Below, piece after piece: positions 22,579 to 35,741 of a DNA stretch of 64,000 nt. Below the pieces are notes generated by a model. The model was not told the origin of the DNA, did not search any database, and was given only the letters and a program-made list of their open reading frames with translations. The stretch lies in assembly GCA_028534125.1 (NCBI GenBank), contig CM052828.1, positions 60,822,001 through 60,886,000 of the forward strand, in the 5' to 3' direction. Each line of letters begins with the position of its first letter. Within the stretch, counting starts at the first letter, position 1. This stretch comes from Lama glama (Eukaryota). Position numbers and translations under genes: made by a program.

Positions 22579-23815
22579 TCTGCACGGGGGCGTCCCCTGC
22601 GGCATTTAGCCCGGCTGCAAGGCAGGCAGGTGAGCAGAGGCCGTGCCCTCGGGCGGGTGCGGGAGGGAGCAGCAGAGGCTGGGAGGGTGCTTGAGGGCAG
22701 AGCTCAGCTGCCCTCACTCATGTTGCCCCCCGGGACCTCCACGTGGTCCATCTTGGGGAGCAAGCCTGTGACCGCCATGGGCCAAGCAGGCCCGGGGAGC
22801 CCTGCCCACAGAGGGCCAGGCGCTGAGCCGTCTTTTCCCCAGGCCTCATCTGTGCTCACAGCCGGAGTTGGTACTAGAAATAAGCTTGTCCCTGGTCAGC
22901 GCCCAGTGTCCAGCCTGGGGCCTGGGGCCATGTTGCTGCCTGAACTTCCCCCACACCTGGAAGCCTCAGGGCCCTGCCTGCCTCTGCCGAGCCCAGCAGC
23001 TTTCTGGGGGCACCGGGTGGTCAGCCAGGCAGCCTGGGCCAGTGCTTCCGAGACAGCAGCGGGAGGACCCCCTGGCCTGGGCAGCCAGCAGTGAAGCAAT
23101 TAAACCTGAGGTGCTTAGTTCACGAGAGCAGGTAAGAGACTGGCAGGGTCGGGACAAGTTTGCCACTGATTTGGGGCCAGAGAAGAGGCCAAGGTAACCT
23201 TGTCCTCCCCGACAGGTTAGTTCTCTGAGATTCTAGGGATGAGGTAGGCAGTCCCCCCAAGGGATGGGTCCCCAGGCCAGCTACCTGGCCCCCACCACGT
23301 CCCAGTTCCTTACCCTGAACCCAGCAGGGCACGGCAGATTCTCAAGCACCAGGGGGCCCAGGTTAAGGGGGTGGAAGCGGTTCCGTCTCCTCTTTCCCCT
23401 GCCTTACCTCCTCGGAGAGCAGGGCACACCCTCCATCTCACGAGTCATGGCTTCTTTTAATACAGACTTTCGTGTGAGAGCACCACTTTCTGCAAAGGAT
23501 CTCATCTCAAAAGGCAAAGTTCCCAACTCCCTGAGCGGCCATCTGCACAGTGACCCAGCAGGGAACCTCCCCCCGCCTTCGGCGGTGGGCGGGGCCCCCA
23601 AGCCCGTGCCCTCAGTCTCCCCGCTGCCACACCCACCTCCAGGCCCACTGAACACAGTGTGCTGGGACCCGGAGAACATCTGGGCACAGGGAAGCCCTGG
23701 CCTGCCCGAGGCAGCCTCCCCCTGGGGCTGACCCTCTGCAGCGAGCAGAGCCCCCCGCCTCGGTGAACCGTTCTTTATAACTCTGCTCCTCAAGGCACTT
23801 TCTAGACCCTTCGTT

Positions 23816-24104
23816 TTTTTTCTTTTCTTCATTTTTTTATTGAAGTAAACTCAGCTTACAACATTGTGTCAATTTCTGGCATCCAGCACAATGCTTCAGT
23901 CGTACCTCTACATTCATGTGTTCCTTTTCATGTTCTTTCTCATTATAGGCTACTACAAGGTACTGAATACAGTTCCCTGTGCTGTGCAGCAGGACCTTGT
24001 TGTTTATCTGTTTTATGTACAGTAGTGTGTATCTGCAAACCTTGAATTCCCCACTTATCCCTTCCCGCCCCCCTCCCCTGGTAACTATAGTTTGTTTCCT
24101 ACGT
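23816..24104 (-). mobile_element. L1 3' end fragment (artiodactyl-type)
   Basis: T-rich tail, 'ttttattgaagta', 'gaatacagttccctgtgctgtgcagcaggaccttgttgtttatctgtttt', 'ctggtaactatagtttgttt'. Confidence 0.85.
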
Positions 24105-25499
24105 TTAGAACCCCGTTTTGATGGTAATTTCCGTGAGCCTCCCACGGCCTTGGGGGCTGGGAAAGCTGCGGAGAGCCAGCACAAAGGACTCATCAGGCCC
24201 TAACAGGCCGGCGCCAGCAGGGCGCCCGCAGCACCGCCGGGAACAGAGCCGGGCTTTTGTGCTGCAGGTTCGTTTTCCCCTGAACGACCTCGACTGGAGA
24301 CGAGCCCTGACACCTCTGAGCAGCACCGGCACCGAGGGGCTTCGTCCTCCGCGTGTCATGGTGCCTGTGACCCTGTCCCAAGGCAGAAGCTCTCGTGGGG
24401 AAGGAGCTATGTTCCGTGGTTGTTGGTTTGTCCTGGGAGCGGCCCCCAGCGCTGGTGTGAATGACGGAGAAGGGGCTTCAGGAGCCTAGTTGGGGCAGGT
24501 GCACTGCAGTTTGGAGCCCGCGCCACACTGGCCACGGGACCTGAGGCTGCAGATCGGCTGGTGGGGTCTAGCGGGTCACCGACTACTGCCCCCGGTTCTG
24601 CACCAGCGGTGCGGTCTGTTTGTACATCCTGCAGGGAACTCCCCCCGGACGGGCCCATGGCTGCTTCCCCGGAGACTTGGACTGCTCAGGGGATATTTAA
24701 TGTGGCCTCTCGGAGGAATCGTGTGAGCGAGGGCCTCTGATGCTCGGTCAGGACCCCGTGATGGCACCACACTGGTGCCTCTGAGGAGAAGGGGCGCTTG
24801 CCTCCAACCCTGGCAGGTTGTCGGGGCATTTCCAGGGAAGCCCCACTCCCCCTCCCCGGGCTCAGCCTGTGAAGGACACTGTCTGGCTGAGGGAGTCCCC
24901 TTCCTGTCCCCTCAAGCACCCCTCCTCCTTCCCAAGCCAGCCACCCTTGCTCAGTGAACCTGCTATTCTCCGAGGAGTCCACTCGGAGCCCCGCCCTCAC
25001 GCCGCACCCCCCACCTGCCGCAGGACAGCCTGGGGTCCAGGAGGCACAGAGTCCTGGAGGGAGAGCCTGGCCGCCCCGCCAGCCGCCTGGCGTCTGCCTG
25101 GGCTCCAGGGCGCCAGTTCAGTGCTCTCTGATTTACAGCAAGCCCCCCAGGCAAGGCCGCACAGCCGCTGGGGCACACTTGGAGGAATGTCCCACAGAGG
25201 TCAGTGCCGCCCTCCCCTCCTGGCCAGTGTGCAGCATCCCTGGGCCGGAGGGAGGCGGGGTCGGAGGGAGCCTGGTGAGGGCTGTGACCGGCCCCAGAGC
25301 TGGCTGCGGGCTTTATGTTTATTACCCTCCTGGCAGAACTCATTTTTTCGGTTTTACTCCGACTTGCCCCTGTAATCCAGACGTTTCAAAGCCCCCCCAA
25401 CTAAAATAAAGTTTACACCCAGCTGGGCATTCGGGATGTTTCAGGCCTAAGCCGCTTGAGGTTTCTGAGTTCTGCTCAGGAACTTGCGTTTCCCCTGGA

Positions 25500-26800
25500 C
25501 CTTGGAAGGCACAAGAATGAAAAGGCGGGTCTTCTCCCTTTTCCTGCAAACGCGGGGGTCACCTCCCGCCGTGCCGCCTCACCTGCACAAAGGGGCGCAC
25601 GGCTCCAGCCCCGTCCTGCCCTGGGACACGCATCGGGACCACGGGGGTCAGTTCCAGTCTGGACCCACGTGCTGTGGCACCAGCTCCACGCGCCACCGTC
25701 CTCCACCCAGGACTGCCCGCGGGTGTGCGGCCGCCGCACGTGGGGGCAGTGGTGAGTGGCCAGGTCTCATTAGGGACCATCGCCGGCCACTAGTGACCCC
25801 CTCCCCGCTGCCACAGCTTCTCCTGGGCGGTCCTGCGGGCGGGTCTTGGGCCACTGCGGATCCCAGTGGAGTCCGGGGGCTCCAGAGAGGATGCAGGTGG
25901 GACCCCCCCAGTTTCACAGGTCAGCCCGAGCGACCCCAGGGACAGGCGACTGGTCCCTTGCCACGACCCCCGCCGCCCTGCTGCACTCGGCTGACAAGGG
26001 GGGCTGCGGAGACGCTGGGGAGGTGGAGGGGAAGGGGAGGGGGAGGGAAGGGCGGGGCTCGGGCAGCTCCTCCCCCTCTCGCCCCTGCTCGGACCTTTAC
26101 CCCTTCCTCCCCTCCGCCTCCTCCTCCCACCTCCGGCCCCAGCCCTCCGCTGCGCTCCCTCTGCGCTGCCCCTCCCCCGCCACTCTCCCGCCTCCGCCCT
26201 ACTAACCCTCCCCCACCTCCCCTTTCCCTCCCCTCCCTCCCTCCCGCGCTTCCCCACCCGTCCCCTCCCCTCCCCCCTCCCCTCCCCGGAGGCGGAGGAG
26301 GAGCGGCGTCAGCGCGGGCACCTGCGGGCGGAGGACGAGGACGCGGGGAGGACGCTCCCGCGGCCTGGCAGGTGTGCGGGGGCGGGAAGGGTGGATGGGG
26401 CGGGGGGGAGCAGGCGAAGAGGGAGGAGGGGGGACGGGAGGAGGAGGTGGACGACAGAGGGGATGGGGGCGCGGACGCTGCGTCCGGGAGGCGGGCCGAT
26501 CGCGGTCTGGGCGGTTCCAGTCGCCTCCCGCCCCGGCCGCGCCTGAGACCCCCGAGAGCCCTGGGGACCCCGGCCCGGGGACACCGACTCGGAGCGCGGG
26601 CTCCGCGTGCACAAACGCCCCTCCCCATTGTCGCCGGCCGGGGCCCCTCACACCCCACAGGTGTAACCCCCTCCCTGCCGCCTCCTCCAGGGTCTCCTCT
26701 GCCCCTCCCAGAGCCACACCCCAAGCTCTCCCGACCCCCGTCGCTGCTGGGACAGGGGCAAGAGCAGGCGTGGGAACAGGTGTGAAGGGGGCGCAGGAGG
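25500..26800 (+). promoter_or_regulatory. MCF2L: CpG island, distal MCF2L promoter
   Basis: Very high GC and CpG density with GC boxes and long purine/pyrimidine tracts; contains a splice donor at 26371/26372 and lies upstream of the first MCF2L coding exon. Confidence 0.75.
26285..26371 (+). other. MCF2L: Probable non-coding first exon of MCF2L (5' end uncertain)
   Basis: GGA/GGC-rich leader with no ATG, ending in TGGCAG|gtgtgc; the next coding exon (31242) starts at an acceptor and needs an upstream donor. Confidence 0.55.
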
Positions 26801-29800
26801 TGGGTCCCCACCTGACTCTTCCTTCCCCGGTCGGCAGAGGGAGAGGCCTGGCCGCAGGCTGTTTTGTTTTCCAAGCGGAAAAGTAGACTCTGCAGTTTAA
26901 AAATAACGTCCTTCTCTCTCTCCTTTGCAAAGGCTATTCCTGCCGGTTTTGAAAAGCTTTCCTTGCTCCCCTGTAGCGCCAGGCACTTCCAAAGGAGCCT
27001 GGCGGGGGAGGGGCCCCCACGAGGCTTTTTTCTGGAGTAAGTGCAGGCTCTTAACTTTACAGGAAACTTCCCACCCAGGGCCACGTGGCCCACCGTGCCC
27101 CTAACGGCCGGCCGGGGAAGGGGTTAAGGTGACCCTGAGGCACAGGCAGGATGTGTGGGAATGGCCGTGGGAGGCCCCAGGATGTGTGACCACAGGGAGG
27201 GGCAGGGCTGAGCCACAAAAATAGAAGTCTGTCCCCAGGGGCTGCTGGTGGTGTAGTGTCCTCCGTCCCTCCGGGCCGCCGGGGACCCTGCTTGGCAGGT
27301 AGGTGAAGGGGTGCGGGCCCTGGAGAAGGGGTCCTCCCACTGGGAGGTATTCTGGTATGCAAATTGGATGGAATGGCTGGTCCGGAGCTGCTGTGGGGAC
27401 CTGGGCTCACAGACAGGGTTTTCCTGAGTTCTGGGTTCCACGCGGGCTGAGTCAGCAGCAGCAGAGGCCCACCGCCTCTCCTCACTCCTTTAGGGGATGG
27501 GAGACAGGCTTGCTCGCAGGCCTGGGTGGGTGGTGAGGAGGTGCCCTCTGGGGTGAGCCTCAAACCGGGAGGGGTAGGAAGGGAGAGTTCTCCACTCGAT
27601 TCTGGGACCCTCTCCCCTAGGAAAGGGGGCACCCTCCCGGGACCTGGCCTGACCATCTGGGCAGGGGCCTGGGGACACTGTGCTGAGAGGAGCCACACCT
27701 CTGTGCACCTCCGCTCTGCATCCTGTGCAGGGGGACACCGTCCCAGCAGGCACACAGCACTGTAGTGAAAGCAAGTGATTCCTGTGCAAGGCTGTGGCAG
27801 GTGCAGAGAGCCTCGCACCCGAAGCCTCGCTGCAACCCTCCGGGGTACTGTTCCCCCAGGGTCGGGGGTGAGATTTCCTCCCCAGAGCCCTGCAGACCAG
27901 GAGGGGCCAGCAGTCTAGCTTGTAAAGAGGGTGGGATTGGTGGGGCTCAGGGCGTGAACATCTGTGTTTGAAGTGCTTGAAATGCAGCTTGGAACCCTGT
28001 CTTCCTCTTGAAGTTGAGGCTCTTCACGCCCCCCTCCCCCTTCCCCCTCCTGCCCCACCCCTCCCTCCTCCCCTCCCCTCCCCCCTCACTGCCAAGCTCT
28101 TGTTGGACTCATTCATAACCAGTGGTCCAAGATCAGCCTTCTGAGAAGCCCCCTTTCTGAGGACATGAAGACTTTTGCTGAAAAGACTTTCACTGGGTGT
28201 CTTGTCTGGGAAGGCAGCATCTTGGTGAGGGAGTGAAATTACATTCACTTCAAAAGAGGAGCTTTCTGCTGACTGATACTAAGCGCTTTTGTAAAATGGG
28301 GGAAACCTGAAGCCGGAGTGAGGACACTGGGGTGTCCTCGTGGCGGAATAAACTGTCCTAGAATGTTGTTAGCTCACAGCAGCCGGCCGCCAGTTTAGCT
28401 GGTTTGGCGTTACAAGGCTCCAAGAGCAGAAGTCCCAAGTGTAGCAGCAGCGGTGACAGGAATGGAACCGTCCCCGCAAAGTGCAGCCCTAGTTGCTAAG
28501 CTCACTCATTCCACCCTCCTCTGAGCTCACGAGAGGAAGCTCTCGTCTGACGACAGGTGAGAGGCTCCGGGCTAAGTGCCCGCAGCCCCTTTTTCCCACT
28601 CTGTGAAAACAAACTGTTTAATCATATAAAATAAAGGCCCGATTCTTTAATCAGCTCCTGGGCAGTTTAAACAAAAAAATTAAGCTCGTGGTTTATTTCA
28701 TAATCCCCAACTGAATCTTTCCTTTCTCTTGCTAAACAGTCCATTATGGAATTTTTCTTATAATCAGTTCACCCAAAACTCCCAAATCATTTCTCTAGCA
28801 GTTACTGCTCTAAAAACTGGAACTGTACATCCCGTGTCCAGGAAGGGTGTGCAGATGAAAGGCTCCTTGCCTCGTCCAGCGGTGCTCGGTCCTCTTCTCC
28901 CCTGGGGAGGGCGTTTGGAGGGAGGGGGTCCTCACCACAGAGAACCACTGCAGGCTGAGCCCAGCCCTACAGAGAAGGCAGCGGCGGAGCTGTCTGCTGG
29001 CGTGGGGAGGCGGGCTGGACCCACCACCCGTGTGTGGAGTCCTCGTGCTGGCCTAGCTAGTCTGTAGCACATCTACCTGGGGGACAGGTGTGTCACCACG
29101 TTTCCTCCAGGCTTCCCCAAGTAAAACTTTTGGGACTTCCAGCCCACAGTAAGACACTGGACACTCCGTGGGGGCTACTGAGAAACTCTGGGACATCTGG
29201 AGCTGGGTGTCTTAATTTTGTGGTCAGGGCCCCTCCCAAAGACTTCATCCAGAATCACGACAGCCCTGGTCAGCTCCAGAAGCCCCAGGAAACCCAGCCC
29301 CCTCCCCAGACCCTCCCAGCATCTCTCTGGAGCTCAAAAGACCAGTCTCTACCCAGCTCCACGGAGATGAGCGTGGAGCAGCCCGGTGCTGATCCTTGCA
29401 GGACGCCTTCTCAGGTTGGCAGGAGGCCTCTCCTGGAGCCGAGGACATCAGGGCCACTGGGGACAAAGGTGAAGGCAGCCACACCGGGCCTCTTCTCTTC
29501 CTTCTGGAGGTTTGAGATTACGATTGGCCTGTTCGTGTTGGACATTCTCCGAGTAGAATTTGGAAGAAAAGTAGACAAAACAGGGCTTTTGGTTCTGTTT
29601 TGTTTTTAACCAGTGAAATCTTTTCTTCCTCCTTTTAAGTGTGAAAACTTGACTGAAGCCACCAGAAGCCTGTGGCCCCGGGTGTGACTGTGCTCAGGGT
29701 GCTCGGCGTCTTCGCCGCCTGCGTCCATCCATCCGGCCCTGCCTCCGCCGGCCCAGCCTGGGTTTCTCAGGAAGATAAGCAGGACCCACGGAAGAGGGTT

Positions 29801-31245
29801 GAGGGCTGAGGTCCTGCCCGGGAAGGGGTGGGGTGTAGGTCACCTCTCGTCGCTAGGAAGGGCCCTCCTCACACTGTTACGTGAGCGAGTTTAATAAAAC
29901 GTTACAGGGATCTGAAGACACGCCTGGGGAGGTGTCGCAAAGATTCATGTGGGTGGCAGGCAAGTTACTGACCCACAGCCTTGTGGATAAAAACGAAGGG
30001 GCGTGCCTCAGAGGGGGGGTCCGGTGGGAAGAGGAGGGGGTGGGGGAAGGTGCTGTCTCCTCATCAGGGCCGAGCATGGCACTGGTGGCGCCCCAGAGGG
30101 TTTGGGCCCTGAGCTTCCTGCCTGGAGTGGTCGGCGAGGTTCTGAGCGTGGTTCTCACGTGGGCGGCACATTGGAACCCCTCCCTGGGGCCAGGGGTGGT
30201 GGCAAGGTTTCGAGGCTGCCTGGGTGTCTGTGCAAATGGTGGTCAGGTGGTCGGGGAGGACCTCGCGGGAGGAGGGCCAGGGCTGACCAGACAGCAAGGG
30301 GCTTCAGTGAAGGGCACGGATGGGGAGATGTGGGAGCGGGAGGGTCCCCTGAGCAGCGGGGCAGCCTTTCCAGTCTCCAGGTGGCCTCCTCCCTGGGCCA
30401 GAGAAGGTCTGCCCGCGGGTGTGCCTGGAGGCAGGGCACGCAGTGCTGAGTGGGTAAGACAGGCTGAACGGTCACTGTGGGGACACAGGCGAATTTATCC
30501 ACGTGGGGTTATGTGCACCTTCACTCTTAAGGAAGGGGCCCAGCCAGGTATTAAGCCAACAATGAGCCATAAACAGACGGAAAAACTCAGTGCAAAAAGG
30601 AGTAGTTAGTAATTAATTACCTAGCGAAGGTGAGCATTTGCCCGGCGATGATTTCACGTGCTTCAGTTTAAAATACAGTCACCAGTTGCCTCCTTAAATC
30701 CAAGACTGCTTCTAAAAAACTTGATTCAAGATTCTTTGCCCAGTTTCCACCAGGGGATAAGACTTTAATGTTCGTTCCAGAACTGGGATGGCATTCTTCA
30801 CCTAGAGGATTAGAAATGTTTGTTAGAAACCTGAATAAGCAGGCGGCAGTGGCTCTGGAAGTTTGCCAGTTCAGTGAACTAGACGATGACATTGAAACGA
30901 GGAGAACCAGGGGCTTTTTATCCTTGAAACAAGAGCGTAAATGTCAAGGGGAAAAAAATCAAGGTTTTTGTTTTTCAGCAGAAGCAAATGGTATTTTTGC
31001 TCATGCAACGCTTTATCCATCTTAATATTACAAAAGGAAGTTGCTCGTTTAACTGAACGTTGACGCGGACGGAATTCGTTGGAGAAGGCTGGTGTGAGTT
31101 TGGAGCACACCGCGTCCAGGTCAGAGTGAGCGCCGCGGCAGGCTGTGCCCGGTGGCCTGGGCTCTGTTCAGTGAAGCACTGCTGATGTGTTCTGGCGGCG
31201 TGACCTCGTCCTCCAGCTGAAATCTGTTTTTCGCTCTGCAGACTC

Positions 31246-31414
31246 ATGTTCGACTGTTGGAGATTCATCCTGTGCCAGAAACCCGGGGGCGATGACCGTT
31301 CTTCCACACAAGAGTCCAGCGTGGCCAGAGAGGAGGAAGGTGACCACCAGGTTGACGTGTCTGACGTCATCAGGCTTGTTCGGGATGAGCCGGCGGGAAC
31401 GCCCGCGCCCGCAG
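31246..31414 (+). CDS. MCF2L: MCF2L (Dbs/Ost RhoGEF) alternative N-terminal coding exon; exon 31242-31414
   Basis: ctgcag|actcATG...GCA G|gtaggg; MFDCWRFILCQKPGGDDRSSTQESSVAREEEGDHQVDVSDVIRLVRDEPAGTPAPA, recognisably the MCF2L N-terminus MFDCWRFILC...DHQIDVSDVIRLV; ends in phase 1. Confidence 0.95.
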
Positions 31415-33121
31415 GTAGGGCCGGCTCACGCCTCGGGGAGCCCAGCTTCTGACTGACGGCGGACTCAGAAGTCGAGCTCTCAGCCCCTCCGGTCCTCTGG
31501 GAGACCGGTGTGTTTCACACCTGCGGGAACACCTGCCCTCCGACTGCCCGGGCGCCTGCGGCGGGCAGGCTGGGTCGGGGGAGAGCCCACTCCCCACGCG
31601 GGAGGGGCGGTCGCTCTCGGGCTGAGAGCTGGGTGGTGAGTCAGATGAGCTGGTTCTGGCGAGAGACCACGAGAAATGTCTGCTTGGGTTTCCAGTGGCG
31701 CACAGTGCAGCAAGCGGCCCTGCTCCCAGCCTTTGCTTCGGTTTCAGACCCACACGAGCCATTGTTTGAATTTGGTGCCTTGTCAGATTGGAATGGTCAC
31801 CAGAGCAGTGGCTGTGACCCCAGGATGCACTGGGCAGCGCACACGGTGGTGAGGGTGCCCCCCTCGCCCCAGGGCTCCCTGACCCAGGCATCCGGGCCCG
31901 AGGACGCGCTTCCTCTGTTCCTGGCCGTCCGAGCACTGTCAGTGCCCCTCTTCAGGAAGGAGGCAGCTGGCTCCCTGCTCCTAGTTTTGCTTGTGTTTAA
32001 TTATTCTTTGCCGTTCCTTCCCAAACTGACTCTGAAACTAGTTTTCCCTGGACGAGGCAAGTTGCCAGCACCCGAGGGCAGGCGTGAATCCGCTGGTGAG
32101 TGGGCTGGTACCACGGGGTCCGCCTGGGGCTGGGCCAGAACTGGCGGCTCCCAGAGCAGAAGCCAGAACTCATCTGGGAACTTGGGTGACAGTCCTTCAC
32201 TCTCTACCTCCCGAGCTTTCTCGGCTCGAAGCTGGCGCCCCCGCAGTCGGGTTGGACGTGGGGCTCGAGGCTGCGGCGTTGCCCTGAGAGGGCCTGCTCT
32301 GAGTCCCTGGTCAGGCCGTGTGCACCTGTTGGTGGGCACGGTCTCCGCACCACCTTCGGGACCTGACACGCACACATCTGTTTTCGCGGATGGTACCCGA
32401 CCTGCCAGCTGGGGGGTCTCGTCTCCGAGGTTCTGAGCTGCGAGTCGCTCGTGCATGTGAAGAAGCATGGCTGTGTGACTGGCTTGTGGGTAGGGGGTTG
32501 GTGCATTCAGAGTGGCCGACCCCCCAGCCCCACCTGCCCCCAGCACCTGTGTTTGGTTTTGTAGGTTTAGAAAGTTGATTTTTGCAGCTCCCTGTTGGTG
32601 AGTGCTGGCCAGCGAGAGCGCAATCCTGCAAGTTAGTCTCCTCGTTGGGGTCCCGACCCTCCCAGGACCAGGCCTTGTCTTTTACCCCATTCACTAGGGA
32701 GGGAGGCAGGCAGCTCCTGGGAGAGCCCAGGGCAGAGCGGGGCTGCGAGGACACAGCCCAGTAAGCGTCCACTGGAGTCCTTCCTCCCTGGACCTGCAGA
32801 ACCAACCCCGCAAGTCCTGGACATGCGGGTGGTGCAGTGCCTGCAGCCCTCTGGCTGCCTCCGACCTCGGTCTCCAGTAGGTGGAAGGTAATCGCGCCAA
32901 CATTCCGAGCCTTGTTCCTTGTTTCTGGGGAGGAGAAAGGGTGCGGTCAGAATAGCCGGCCATCACCTTCCCCCCCGGGAGCCTCCACGTCCCCACCCCA
33001 CTGGCCTCCCTCCCCCCGCCGTCACTGTCACCGTGGGCCTCCCAGTGCCACTGCTTCAGATACCCTTTGGGGTATGAAATATGCTAGTGTCAGAGCTTCA
33101 GGTTTTGAAATCAGTAAGTTA

Positions 33122-33560
33122 GTTTTTTATTGAGGTGAGAGGGCCGCGATGTAGACTTGACCACGTCGGCTGCTCTGAAGTGTGTGCTGCGGGCTGTTAG
33201 GTGCATTCACTCTGTGTGCAGCCTTCACACGTCCCTCTGGCACTCTTCCTTCTTCCCGAGCTGAAGCTCCGTCCCCATTAAACACTCCCCACTCACACGC
33301 CGCCCCGGCCCGGCCCAGTGGGCGTCGGGCGGACACTGCGCGGTCTTGTCTTGGGGGGCCGTCTTAGCCCGCCCCGTGCGCTGTCCTTGCCTTCTGCACC
33401 GTGTCAAGTCGCAGCTTCAGCCCTGCTTAAAGCCGAGTCTGTCCCCTTGTGGGGCTGGCCCGCCCTGTGTCCCTCCCCCGCCCGTTGGTGGGTGCGGGTT
33501 GCTGCCACCTGGTGGCCGTCGTGACTGTGCGCGTGGACAAGGGGTGCGCATGTCCCTGCT
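33122..33560 (-). mobile_element. Old L1MB-like 3' end fragment
   Basis: 'ttttttattgaggtga', 'gcattcactctgtgtgcagcc', 'ctgaagctccgtccccattaaacactccc'. Confidence 0.6.
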
Positions 33561-34414
33561 TCCTCTTCTTTGGGGTCAGTCCCCAGAAGTGGGGTTTCTG
33601 GTCACTTGAACAGGTACTGGGCAAGGCTTTGTGGATAGAAGACAAAAATGCAAAGAATGCTTGACTTGGGCACAAACACCACCTGCAGTGCGAGTCGAAT
33701 TGTGAAGCTGCGTTGCTTGGGTCACAAAGCTTAGAACGTCGGCAGTGCTGTGTGGCTGAGCACAGTACCTGAAGGCACTTACACTGCGAGATCCTTCAGG
33801 GTTCTGGGAGAGGCCCCCCTCTGAGGAGCCGCAGGGAGGGGCCGTTCATGTTTCTGGAGGGGGTGTGCAGAAATAATACGCGTGGGCTGAAAACGCGTTT
33901 TGGAAAAGGTGAGAGCGACCACAGGAAACCGATGCTTGGAGGGACATTGGCTTTTTGCTGATCCCCAGTGTTTCTGGCCTGGATCGTGGTCACAGTTCGA
34001 GGAGAACGAGTGACCCTGGGATCGCGGGCTGTGGGGCGGGGGCGGTGGGGGCAGGGGTCCGAGCTGCGCAGAGCTCGCGGGCGGCGCGCTTCTGGGTTCC
34101 CTGCTCCTCGGCTTCCGAAGCGCAGTCTCTTTCCCAGGACTGTTGTTACTTACCTGCGCGCGGCCCGGTGTTGCAGGCCCTCCTGACGGCGCCGGGACGG
34201 CCAGGGCGTCCCCAGGAGCCGCGCTGGTCAGTCTCCTCTTTGTGGTTTTGTGGGCCCATCCCGAAGGGGGAGTTTGCAAAAGACAGACAGGCTGTTTGTG
34301 GAAACGGAGCTCCTGGTGTCGCCCTAAGGGATTAGCTCTCGCTTTTACCCTTTCCTGACCCCTCGGTCTTGCTCACTTGGACTTTTTATATCACTTGCGA
34401 AACTAGCAGGACTT

Positions 34415-34607
34415 CCTGTTCTTTTTTTTTTTTAACATTTTTTATTGATTTATAATCATTTTACAATGTTGTGTCAAATTCCAGTGTTCAGCACAATTTT
34501 TCAGTCATTCATGGACATATACACACTCATTGTCACATTTTTTCCTCTGTGATTTATCATAACATTTTGTGTATATTTCCCTGTGCTATACCCTGTTCTT
34601 TTTTTTT
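34415..34607 (-). mobile_element. Young 5'-truncated L1 3' end with 16-bp target-site duplication
   Basis: CCTGTTCTTTTTTTTT at 34415-34430 and 34592-34607 flanks ~160 bp of AT-rich L1 3' UTR ('ttttattgatttataatcattttacaatgttgtgtcaaattcc...tatatttccctgtgctatac'). Confidence 0.88.
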
Positions 34608-35741
34608 AAGAAGACACGTTCCCTGTGCACGACTTCACAGGCGGGTGGCACTAGCTGGTGGGTCGCTGGGTGGTGCTGGGAGCAGACTGCCCATCTTCCC
34701 GCGGCGCCGGTGGGGCGGTGGGGGCGGGGGCAGGTGCCCGACTTGCCGGGGCGCAGGTGTGAAGGGCTCAGAGTGGAACGACCCCCAGCTTCCTTGCGAG
34801 CTTTGGGGTCCCAGGGGAGTCCCATGTCCTCCAGCACCTCCCGGACGCCTGTCTCAGGGGAACCGACTTGGGGTATTTCATCGTTACTTAAAATGGATGG
34901 GACGCGTCCCATAGAAGCTGAGCTGCTGGACAAGGTCGCTCCCAGCCCAGGATGCCTGGAGAGCCCTCGTCTCCCTGAGCCCGATGCTCTCAGCGCCGGC
35001 AGCCGGCCCCGCCTCCACGGCATGCCCAGGAGCAGCCGTGAGTTTGTTAGGGTTTCAAGAAAGTTAGTGGGTTTTCTATTTAACTATGTGCTCTAACGCG
35101 TGCTGTAGGATTAAGGTGATGGAAGTGTGTTTATGTGTGTGTGCCCGTGGAGACGTGCCCGGCCTCCCCCCGCCACGCTGGGCCGGGCGTCCGGGGACGC
35201 GGCCTTCACTTTCCCGGAACGAGTCCCACTGCAGCAAATGCTCCCTCCTGCTTGCCTTCCTGCTGCTGGGGTTAACCCTGCCCACCCGCCCAGGGTGGCA
35301 GCCACCACCTGTTCTGAGAGGTGGGGCTCCCGTGGTCCCGGCGCTGTCTCCCCGTGGGCCTGCGGGAGGGGCTGGGCTCTTCAGCGCCCCCCTCCCTGGG
35401 CCAGGGCCAGACGGTCCAGAATAAATACACCAAGAACCGGTAGAATGAGTGTCTCAAGTGCGTCTCCGTGTGGGGGGGGGTCCTAACCCTGGTGCTTAGA
35501 TGTGACGTTAGGAGGCAGCAGGCGCAAGCTGCACCCTTTTCCCTCTGCGCTTCCGGCGTGAACCCCGGCCGGTCACGACAGCGCTCCTCCAGTTTGGTGC
35601 TGGGGTTTCCTTCTTTCTTTGCAGTTTGGCGTTTGTACACAGTATGTTCTGGAAGTCTTTCTGTGTCGACTTGCTTAGATTGGCCTCATTTTGTGTCTCA
35701 GATGCGATGCACTTTGAGTAACTATTTGACAGTCCTCTTTC

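Noticed and set aside
25484-27093. Long overlapping ORFs (433 aa +, 390 aa -, 242 aa -)
   Set aside because: Low-complexity Pro/Gly/Arg translations of a CpG island with few stop codons; no recognisable domain, and open on both strands.
29881-30609. 242-aa ORF upstream of the MCF2L coding exon
   Set aside because: GTG start, Gly/Ala/Val-rich random-like sequence, no splice or domain support.
31510-32436. 308-aa ORF after the MCF2L exon
   Set aside because: Intronic, non-ATG start, no recognisable protein features.
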